Shown piece after piece: positions 36,401 through 48,400 of a stretch of 64,000 nt of DNA (position 1 is the stretch's first letter; every line of letters starts with the position of its first letter). The position numbers and the translations under genes are program-made. The notes beneath the pieces are model-generated. The model was not told the DNA's origin, ran no database searches, and worked only from the letters and a program-made list of their open reading frames with translations. The stretch comes from Malacoraja senta (taxonomy: Eukaryota): assembly GCA_038087875.1 (NCBI GenBank), contig CM075989.1:18972001-19036000 (forward strand), given 5' to 3'.

Positions 36401-39400
36401 GCTGCCAAACTAAACTTCTTCAGATGAGAATTATTTTTCAAAGCTTCCGCAAAATCTTTTAACGTTGGAATTGGAATATTCTGAGGACAAATTCAAATAA
36501 TTGAGTTCTTTCTCTGCTGTTAGTCCTCATTAGTTTCAACCAGTCAACCAATTTATTCGTGGACCAACGCAACCGTTTTCAAACATCGTAGCCATATTTA
36601 CAAAACCTGACTATCTAGAAAATCTGCTTTTTAGATTTTGTTCGAATGTTAGTTTTTAGTTTTAGAGATACAGGCCTTTTGGCCCTCCGAATCCGCACCA
36701 ACCAAAGATTCCCACACATAGCACTACCCTACACACTCTAGGGCCAATTTAAATTTATACTAAGCCAATGAACCTACAAACCCATACGTCGTTGGAGCAA
36801 ACCGAAGGTCTCAAAGAAAATCCACGTGGTCACTGGGAGAACATACAAACTCTGTACAGATAATAACCGTAGTCGAGATCTATTTATTGACTGCATATTA
36901 CTCATGGCTTTTACAGGTGTCCAACTTACCTCATATTAAATACTTAAGAAGGAACTGCAGATGCTGGAAAATCGAAGGTAGACAAAAATGCTGGAGAAAA
37001 TCAGCGGGTGAGGCAGCATCTATGGAGCGAAGGAAATAGGTGCCTTTTCGGGTCGAGACACTTCTTCAGACTGAAGAAGGGTCTCGACCCGAAACGTCGC
37101 CTATTTCCTTCGCTCCATAGATGCTGCCTCACCCGCTGAGTTTCTCCAGCATTTTTGTCAACCTCATATTAAATACTGGTTTGTATAAGAGAGAAAGGAG
37201 CATCTTTTTCAAGTAATTACTTGGGTGTCATCCACTTGAAAAAAGATGGTCCTTTCTCTCTTACACAAACCAGTATTTAATATGAGCTAAGTTGGACACC
37301 TGTAAAAGGCATGAAAGGAGGAGAGCTTGTCAAGGAACAAGAGTCTGGCTGAAATCATCGGAACCAGTTTGAACAACTCAACCATGGCAAAGACTTGATG
37401 CCAAACTACAGTACACTATCTGCTAAAAATCTTAGGCCTGCTGCATTCAAGTTTAAATAGGTAATCATTAAACTGAAAAACAAGGGGTCTCCACAGCATA
37501 CAACCTCTGCTAAATACATCATGGCTGAGGGGTGATGCTGGTGCTGAGTAACAGGCTGCTATAAGTACATCCTTACAAATCTAGCATGATTAGTAAAGTT
37601 AATAAATGAAAACATCATTGTGCCAAAAGATTATTAAAGTAGCTTTTCAGCTTTTATTGCAATAAGCCAGGATACATTGGTTATTGGTTTATTGTTGCCA
37701 AGTGTACTACCATAATTTTGTGCTATTGAGGCAAATCATATCATACACCAGTACATCAGGCAGTGCAAATGAGAACAGAGTGCAGAATATAGTGTTACAG
37801 CTACGGAGAAAGTGCAGATAAAAAAGTGCAAGGGTCGTAGGTAGATTGGAAGATCTAAAATACTTCAAGTCAATGCCTACTAAATGAAATTGCCATTTTT
37901 CAAAAACATTAATACCATGTCATTGAACAACAGGACTCTTACCTTTATGTTATTAAGATTAACTTCCACAAGCCCAGGATCATTGGCTTTTATTCGTTGT
38001 AAACTTTCTTCTACATTTGTTGGGTTGGGCGGTTCATCCAACACTGGTTTGACCTTCTCACCTTTGACAACATCTGGAAGGTACCATTCAAAGCAGGTCA
38101 GAGGCACGTTTTACTACAAGACATACGTATTGTAGCAACATTTGTTGCAACACTCGATCAGAAAGCACGTTATGAGGAGGGACATGGAACTTTAGATGAA
38201 GACAAATTGATAAAAGTAAAAACCAGGCTGGTGAATTAAATCCACCTTGGGAGGAACAACAGAAAAGCAGAATATAGTTTAAATTGAGACATTTTAGAAT
38301 GCTGTTGGAAAGAGATTGAAATACACATTTTACAGAGGTACAACAAGTAATACACAAGGCAAATGTTGGCCTTTATTGTTGCGAAGATTGAGTAGACCAA
38401 TTTGGAAGACTTACTAAAAAGTGTACAGGTCTTTGGCAAGACTAAACCTCCTTAGTTAAAGGGATATACCTGCATTGGAGAAGTTCAGAGAAGGCTCTTG
38501 GATGCAAGCAGAGAACAACTGATCCCGTAGTGCCTATACATATTGGAAGTTTAGAAGAACGACACATGACAGTGTTGGCAAGAATGGGGGAGTCCAGAAA
38601 ACAGGGAGTACACGGATCAGAATAAGGGGTTGACAATTTCAAAATGAGATGAGGAATTTCTTCAGAAGATCATAAATCTATAAAATTCTCCCCCTCAAAG
38701 AGCTGAGTTGAGGCTGTCACTAAATGTGTTCAAGGCTGCAGTTTCGGTCTGGCCCAAGTCACTGGTAATGGAAGGGAAGCAGGTGGGAAAGTAGAGTTGA
38801 GGCCAAGATCAGAGCAGCTATGACCTGTAAGGAACGGCAAAAAAAACTCCAAATGCTGATGCAAGAGACTGTTTTGCTCAAGATTCCAGCATCCGCAATG
38901 TTGGAGGAATTTAGGAGGCAAGGCAGTTGCGGACAGAAATGGATAGACAATGGTTCAGGTAGGACTATGTCTGAAGAAGGATCCCAACCCAAAATATTGT
39001 CAGTCCATTTCCCTCGACAGATGCTGCCTGACCTGCTGAAGTCCTCCAGCAGCTTTTTTTGTTGCTCAAGCTCCAAAGGGATGTATACCCTAATCCTGCT
39101 CTTATGTCAGTTTACACAACATAATATTTTGTCTAGAATACCATGAAATCAGTAATGTTCTTTCAGCATGAAGGCCACAGTTAATTTTCAAGCAGATATT
39201 TAACAAGTTAAATTCTCCAACTTACTGTTCAACCTCCCTTTGATTCCACCAACTGAATCACAGTAATGCGTGTTGCTCAAAGTGTGCATTCCAAGAATGG
39301 CTGGAATTAAAAAAGATGAAATTAATAAAATCTTAACGACAGGTTTGATAACCTTTCAACAATGTCTGCTATGCTACAAAATAAATGTAACAAACTAGGA

Positions 39401-42400
39401 AGGTTGTAACTGATTAGTTCAATTACTGTCAGTGTGTTTTCCCTTGAATGATACACGAGGCACGCCACCGAAGAATGGAATGGATAATCTACCTTAATTG
39501 AAATTAGATCAATCATGTTTTCAAACATTTTATATGCTGCACAAAGTATGGATTTAAAAGTTTAATCTTGAAGTAAATTGCAGCTAAATGTAAGTGGCTG
39601 TGGTTCCTATAACGTGGCAAACTGCCGGAATTCACCATTTGCCACAAAGTCAGTCACACCGCTAATTATTCTCCAGATGCAAACAATGAATGTAAAGCTA
39701 AATGTAGATTTAGAATCATAATTTCAAAATCATGTACTATGGGAAAGAAATCAAAATATTTTTAAATTATACAGACCCTAGCCTACAAATGGATACAATT
39801 ATGGTCCATGAAGACAGAGTCTGGGTATAGAAGATGTTTTGAGTGTATTTGAGATCATTGGAAAACATCCATGAACTGTACAATGATCAGTAAGATTTAG
39901 GGGAATACATTCTATTACTGTGGCATTGGGTGTTAATCTCCTGATTTTTATATACTGCCAACAATGTTCATATGAAAGACCACACAAACGCCACTTGTGC
40001 CGTAGATAATGATCAATAGCGTATCTAGAAATAGCACACTCCATGTTGGTCAATAGCCAGCCCAGACACTCAATGAACAATTTGGTTTTGGGGATTCTAA
40101 TTACTGGATAAAGACTGGTTAAAGGTGGCATACCTTCTGTCGTTCTGTGGACATAATTACTCAGTAAGGACTTCTTTAAAATTCTAGATTATAAATCAAA
40201 CTTCTCACAGAGAGTGGTGAGTCTGTGGATTCTCACAGAGAGTGGTGAGTCTGTGGATTCTCACAGAGAGTGGAGAGTATGTGGAATTCTCTGCCTCAGA
40301 GGGCGGTGGAGGCGGGTTCTCTGGATGCTTGCAAGAGAGAGCTAGATAGGGCTCTCAAAAACAGCGGAATCAGGGGATATGGGGAGAAGGCAGGAACGGA
40401 GTACTGATTGGGGATGATCAGCCATGATCACATTGAATGGCGGTGCTGGCTCAAAGGGCCGAATGGCCTACTCCTGCACCTATTGTCTATTGAACTGCTG
40501 AGTTTTAAATTCTGCAGCTGCCGTGGCAGGATTTGAATTGTTAGTTCAGGCCTCTGGATGACGTCTATTAACTACAGCAAATGAAAGCATCAAGCGGATG
40601 ATGCAATTTATACAATGCAACAAAACTCTTGATAATCCAGTACCCAACACAAAGTGCTGGAGGACCTTGGCGGGTCAGGCAGAATCTGTGGAGGGAATGG
40701 ACAAACGACGTTTCGGGCTGAGACTATTCTTGAGACCCAAAATATCATCTGCACAGTGCCTCCACTGATGCTGCCTGACCCGCTGAAGTTTTCCAGCACT
40801 TTGTATTCTACTCACGTTTCCAGCAACTAGGGTTTCTTGCGTCTTACTCTTTTGTCAACTTATTTACCAGGTCTGGTTACCCAAACTCCCTCCTAACTTA
40901 CTGAGCTTTGCTTTCCCATTCTCCCTTTAAACTCATCTGATTCACTGGAAAATGTTATACTACTCCATAAACACTTGATAAAACTGAATTGGATTATATC
41001 CAACATTCTGGAAAAGCTCAGTCCCACAGCACCAAAGTCCTGAGGGTGGCAGAATAGCAGACTCGGGGGTTAGATTGCGCAAGTTATTAATTCATAAATT
41101 GGGGATAAAATTTCTAGTCAAAAAACTTGATATCCTACCCACCCAAGATAAATATATCCTCTAAATTTCCCCCCACCAGAAGTGAAATTTTGGTATTTGC
41201 TGCTTATTAAAATCAATTAAAGCCAAGTTTTAAATTACAAAAAACAAACCATATTTATTTTTGCACAAATGCCATCCATCGTCAAACCAAAGAGAGAAAT
41301 GCAAAGTTCTGCTGGAGATGCTTTACCTGCAAGATCACAGAGCTCATTATCTGATGCACTGGTCAAAGCTTCTTCCAGTTCTGGATCCAGAATCACTTTC
41401 TCTTCTATACGTTGTTCCATCGGCTTGTGCTTGGGCAACCATGACTTTCCTGTGACAAATTATATTTCAATTAATCTTACATAAAACAAGTGCAGTGCAG
41501 GACATTAAGGAACAGTCCTTTCAGCCCACACTGTCCGTGCCGAACATGGTGCCAAGATGCATGTCCATGTGCCAATCTAAAAGCCTCAATACCATTATTG
41601 CATCTGCCTCCACAAGCACCCCTGGCAGCACATTCCAGGCACCCACCACCCTCTATATAGAAATACTTGGCCCACACACCTCCTTTAAACTTTGCCCCTC
41701 TCGCCTTAAAACTATGCCCTTAGATTTTGACATTTTCACTGTATGGAAAAGGGTCTATCTACCCTCAATTGCCCTCAAGGTGACATTGTTAAACTACCAC
41801 CCTGAACTGCTGTAGTGTTCCAGATATAGGTACTCCCCACTTCACTAGATACTGGATAGAGGGACATCAAGGACCCAGACCCTGTGGTGGTGAAGACCGT
41901 ATTTCCCCATCATATAAATCAACAAATTGGACCACCTGCAGGTGGCAGTATTCCAGTGCACTGCTACCTTTGTCCTTGGTGACAGGGATCATGTGTGTGG
42001 GAGGTGATTTATAAAGAAAATATCTTTATGGCACGGAATGAAACTATTATTGGGCTGCATTCTTTAACAAAGGTCAGAATTCAAAATACAAAATTCTCCA
42101 GGATTCAAACACCTTCACGGAACAGATGGCTTGTCATTATAGTCATAGAGTGATAGAGTGTGGAAACAGCCCCCTTGGCCCAACTTGCCCTCGCCGGCCA
42201 ACATGTCCCAGCTACACTCGTCCCACCTGCCTGCGCTTGGTCCATATCCTTCCAAACTTGTCCTATCCATGTACCTGTCTAACTTTTTCTTAAATGTAGG
42301 GATAGCCTCTGCCTCAACTACTTTGGCAGCTCGTTCCATACACCCACCACCCTTTGTGTGAAAATGTTATCCCTCAGATTCCGATTAAATCTTTTCCCCT

Positions 42401-45400
42401 TCACCTTGAACCTATGTTTGGGCAGATTACACTATGGAGGATGCTTGTTTCATGATCTCTATTAATATAAGTTGCCCGACTTCTAGTTTAAGGGCTTTAC
42501 AGGATGTTACTTATAAGAATGTGTAAAAGTATTTACATGCAATTGAAAAAAAAAGAACACACTCCCTCGGTATTTATTCTAACAGCTACATGTTTGATAC
42601 ATGTTTTTTTTTTCTTCTTGCAAATGTATCCAAAACTATGAAGTCCTTCGTAAGCAATGCCTTTACACAGCCAGCTAATAGTTTTAAGTATTACTTCAAA
42701 TTATTATTATTATTATTATTACTTTTTATTTTATTTTTATTAGAAGTACAATAATGTAGTACATAAGTACTTAATACACACTGAGATATTACAGTTCATG
42801 TACAACTTCTTATTTTTAATTTAACAATAAAACAGAAAATGATAAAAGGAAAGATAGAAGAGAGAGTATCGTAAGAAGTGGTGATAGTGTTAGTGCGTGA
42901 AATAGTAAAGAAAGCCCGAAGAAAGAAACAGAAGGTAAACAAAAAGGTAGAAATGGGTGAAGAGAAAAAAAGAAAGGAGAGAAGAAAATAGAGAAAAAAA
43001 AGAAGAAAATAAAAGGAAAGAAATTGAGAGATATACCTATTTAATATCTTTACCCACCCCTGACTTATTTCTGACTGAACAATTTCTGCAGAAGATTACT
43101 ATCAAATGCCATTTCCATGCAAGAAAATAAAATCAGGAAGAACAAATAGTAAATTCAGTGGAAATTATTTGTATCATTCCCATCTGTAGATTAAACAAAA
43201 AACACAATTATCCCTCATTGCAGGGACAAGAATGGATTACTAAACACTGCTCAGAATATAGTGAGACTTTTAGATAACTGAGTCTATCTGTTTTTCCGAC
43301 CGAATAATGAAAGGCCTAGATGGAGTGGATGTGGAGAGAGTCTAAGACCAGAGGGCAGAGCCTCAGAATTAAAGGACATACGTTTAGAATGAAGGTGAGG
43401 AGGAATTTCTTAAGCCAGAGGGTGGTGAATTTGTGGAATTCATTGCCACAGACGGCAGTGGAGGCCGTCATTGGGTATTAAGTGGAGAATGATAGGTTCT
43501 TGATTAGTAAGGGTGTCAAATATTACAGGGAGAAGGCTGGAGAATGCGGTGGAGAGGGAAAAGTAAATTAGCCACAATGGAATGCAGAGAAGACTCGATG
43601 TGCCAAATGGCCGAATTCTGCTCCAATGTCTTTTGTCATCCAAAAAGGTCAAATCAATGCCACATCAACCCATTCCCCAGCTAATTCAGATTATACACTG
43701 AGCCCATATGTCAAATTGAACAGTAATCCTACAGTTACATAAGCAACTTGGAGCTGGCGTTATCATTGTAATTTATAAAATATTAAACAGAAGAGCATGT
43801 GTAGAAGCAGTAAACAACTAGCACAGGGCTCACTATTCAGAAATTTATAAATTTAAATTTCAAAACAAGCCATTTTTTGAAACACACAACACAACACAAA
43901 ACACAGAATATAAAATTAAACAGCTTTTCTCCCCATAAGTAACACTGGCAAAGCCGTATTTTTTGTCCATCATGAAGTGTTTATTTCAATTGGTTTTCTA
44001 GATGAAGGTATTAGCAGCATGGGGAAGGCCACAGTACAGAGCAGATCATGTGGGAATGACAGTTTTCCTCGTGCACAGGGCTGTTGAACTATGGTGCTTT
44101 AAAAACAATGTATAACCAATTTAGTACTGTCAGTCAAAAAGCTCAAGATGGTTCGGTGTGGTTCAGCAATTTCATAACTTATGGAAGCAATTGAACCAGT
44201 CCACCTTCCTTAAACACCTGAAGTAAAAAAAGTTAAAAGTTAAATGCATTAACATCTGAAGAAGGGTTTCGGCCCGAAACGTTGCCTATTTCCTTCGCTC
44301 CATAGATGCTGCTGCACCTGCTGAGTTTCTCTAGCATTTTTGTGTACCTAGCATTAGCATTAGCAGGGTCCACCCTGTTTCGACTAATGCAATCAACCCA
44401 ATGTGCACAAACAAAAGATCAAATAGAACAAGTTGTCCTACACCTTTAGGCTGTGCACGCCAAACGCAAGAAGAAGAAGGAGATCATTAAAATTACCTAT
44501 TCGTTGACTACGGGACCAATAGTTTAAATCTAGATTAAAAATTTTTTTTTTTAAAGGAGTTACCCTTGCAACTGGTAACGTTATACATTAGGCAAAGACC
44601 TGGGTGTTACTGTTCACCACAGTTTATGGACTGTCTACAAATACTTCAGGATAACCTATTTTTGACCAGCTATTTTATGGCTACAACATAAAAGGCATCC
44701 TGCAACAAGTGTTACACCTCCCAGCAGTCCAAACCTGTTCCATTACCTACAATGCACAACTCAGGAAGCTCTGACATGAGATACACACCACCCATGACAA
44801 ATCAGCCTAGTTGACTGGTACCACACCTAGCTCATTAAACATTCGTCCCATTCTTAGTCACGTGTGTGACCAAAACTATGGAAAATTGTGAACTACATCT
44901 CTTCTAATTCTGAAATCATTACAGGTATATTGTTTTGTGCTGTATATATATATATATATGATTCATATTTTTTTCAAAGTTTATCAAGTGACATTTTTAT
45001 GGGATGGTGACAATGTTTGTTTAGGGTCAGAGATCAAATATGACTGGTCATGTGTGTGACCTCACACGGAAGCATTTTTCCCCATAAATTTTATCTTACA
45101 AACTCTGAATTTAAAAAAGCTAGAGTGTTCATATCTTTAGCAGACATGCATTATAATTCTGTGGGTAGGGAAATAGCAATGAATAAGATTAATCCCTTAC
45201 AATAAATTTTTAATGTATTACTTTATGTGATGACATCTGGTCACGTGTGTGACATTTGGGTCCACTTTCCAACGAATGGCCCACTCCTTCTCTTCAACAT
45301 TGATGAAGAAACAATCCATTTCTAAGTCAACCTCTTACCTGCACTGTCAAGTATTGTGCCAGGCATCATATACTCTCCACTAGTACTAATGATTTGGCAG

Positions 45401-48400
45401 AAAAGAGAAATATTTTCTTTGCTAATATTTCTGAAATGGATGCTGAAATGTTCCTATAAAAAATGGTGAAAATTACACAGAAGTGGGCAATGTGGTGAAA
45501 TGAGTAGTAAACCTATTTCAAATTAGCAGTATAATTTCTTTATTCAGATTATTTTTGAATGAGATTTGGTATTAAAGACGTTAAATCTTTTTAATTCTTA
45601 AGTCACTATTTACTATCAGTTGATTTACCACATTCCAAATCTTAAACCTTAAAATTTAAAGCTTAATCCATTAAGAATTTATTCAGCTTACAAAAACTAT
45701 TCCAGACCAATTAGTTTGCGGCACAAATGTCTCAATGTAATTTCCCCTAGCACCTTAAGTATTTATAAATAAAAGATATCAATGCCTCAATTTTTTTGCC
45801 ATAACAGCAGCAGGGTGGTGCAGCGGTAGAGTTGCTGCCTTGCAGCGCCGGAGACCCGGGTTCGATCCCGAATGTAATGTCTGTATGGAGTTTGCACGTT
45901 CTCCGGTGACCGCGTGGGTTTTCTCCGAGGTCTTCGGTTTCTTCCCACACTCCCAAGACGTACAGGTTTGTAGGTTAATTGGCTTGGTATAGGTGTAAAT
46001 TGTCCCTAGTGTGTGCAGGATAGTGTTAATGTGCGGGGATCGCTGGTCGGTGCGGACTCGGTGGGCCAAAGGGCCTGTTTCCGCGATGTATCTCTAAACT
46101 AAATTAAGCTAATCATTTGGCAAGAACTGCTTCCACCATTTAAAACCAGTGACCTCATTCATTCAGACGGATTCAAAACATGGGTTACCGGAATGCTAAT
46201 TCTATACCTACAAACCATTTTTTAAGGGGCAGCATACTGCAGTGTTGGCTAAAAGCAGAGCTATTGCAAACAGCCAATCTTACATTTCTTTCAAATCCAA
46301 TGTCACATTAAGTTTCAGAAATGTCGCTGGAAACAATTATTCTGCAACCCAATATCAAGATACCTGCAACATGAAATGCAAGGGTAGCTTCACATTAACA
46401 GCATATTATATTGATGACCACAGACATTTTATGGCAAACCTTCCAGTCATTTTGACAAGAGACGCATGGAACTGTGTAATAATCTTACCATTGTAGTTTA
46501 GTTTGCACCAAGTTATATTTAAACAAGGCATTAAGATTAGGTCCACATTTCTGATTTGATGCAAGTTCAGATGCAATACCACATACCACAAAAAAGAAAC
46601 AAAAAATTATGGCCCAGTAAACTGTGGGAAAGGAATACGAAAACATTTGGAAATGAATTGAGGAAAGTTTCACATACCATGAACAATCCTTTAAACGTTA
46701 GGGGTAGAGATGAGAACAAACTCAAAAGCAAACAGAATATTCCCCATTAATTGAAGATGGATCCGTTTGTTAACCAACTGCAAAGGCAACTCATTTTAAA
46801 TGTCAAAAAATCAGCTTCTCCAAATGAGAACCACAGGTTAATTAAGTTTTAATTCTAAACAGCCGTTTAGCAATATTTTTGAATAAAAGAAACTCAGTAA
46901 ACTGGTGCATCATTATTTTCCTTATCTCACACCATTAAAGGTTGGAACAAGGTCACAATGTCACCAATAACTACAGAAGAAAACTTGGACATTAAAGTGG
47001 AAACCAAGAAGAATAAAAACAATTTGTTTGTCCCATGAGATTTTGAGTGTGGGCGTACATGATAGGAAAAATAATTGATCAGAAAGTCTTTCTTCCGAGG
47101 GATTTCTCACCTGAAGTAATGGCAGCTGCTGCTCCTGTGGTTGGCATTAGGGTGAGCAGCAGAGAGGACTGGTTAGCAAAAGCCAGCAAAAACGGTCAAT
47201 AGAAAACACAGAGTAGCACAGCGTGCAAGGTTTGAGAAATAGAATATACTTTACATTAGAAATATTAAATATAAATACAGCAGTAACAGTGGACAGGCCA
47301 TGCAACAATTGCAATCCATGTACAAAAAAACGCACCTGCATACATCTGGTCAAGGCATACAGCAATATTCTCAGATAGCCCATGCATCTCATGCCCTTTA
47401 ATGCATGCAACAAGTTTCCATAATTCAGAGAGTCCATTCCAAGATTTTTCCTACACAACACATACTCTAGTTAAATCTGTGTTTTCTAGATGCTAGCACC
47501 AACGAAGGAGATGAGGAAGAATTTCTTTAGTAAGAGGGTGGAATCTATGGAATTGATTGCCACATAAGGATGTGGAGGTCGTCAATTGATATTTTTAAGG
47601 CAGAGATTGATAGATTCTTGATTAGTACGCATGTTAGGGGTTATGGGGCGAAGACTGGAGAATGGGGTTGAGAGGGAAAGATAGATCGGCCATGATTGAA
47701 TGGCGAAGTAGACATGATGGGCCGAATTCTGTTCCTACCACTTATAAACTGTATGTTTTACCGTATGTTTTAAGATGTAAATCAGCTATAATCTATTTAT
47801 GTGGGATACAGATTTGCAGATCAAAACCGTATGCATTTTGGAAGAAGAATAAGTAGTAAACTATTTAGTAGCTACACTATTTAAACCTAGTTTTCAAATG
47901 GAATTAACTATTTCTAAAATGTTCTCACAAATTTGGTATTTGATGCACATCCTTGGAAATAAACATGGTGCAATTATCGGAGAGATGGAGATTTAAAAAA
48001 AATCAAAAATGGATCCTGAGAGTATTTTAGAATGAAATAAGATGGAAAATTGAATTGAAAAAGCAAATTACGAACAAATACAGAAAAAAATAAAGGAATG
48101 AATGAATACTGGAGCTGCATTGTGGAATACTAGTAACAAAACAAATTGAGCGCTGCAATGGAGACAGGCTAACATTTCCCTTCTGTACTTGGTCAGAGAT
48201 TTTAATAAACTAGGTTTTAATCTAACCTATTGATGATCTTGAAGGTCAAAATACCAACAGCACTAAGTAGAAAGTGTTGGTAACAAGAAATCACTTATGT
48301 GCAGGTGTCAAACACAATTAAAAAGATCAGGTCTTGCATACATGGCAAAGCAAGTGAGTAATGCTCTAACAAATACTACACAGGTAAATAAATAAGTCAA

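Noticed and set aside
41935-41949. CTCF-like CCTGCAGGTGGCAGT
   Set aside because: Appears to sit in a degraded LINE remnant; weaker support than the 14110 site
44857-45253. CRISPR-like repeat-spacer reading of the 14-bp periodic motif
   Set aside because: Eukaryotic context, only three short repeats, spacers of about 175 bp and no cas genes
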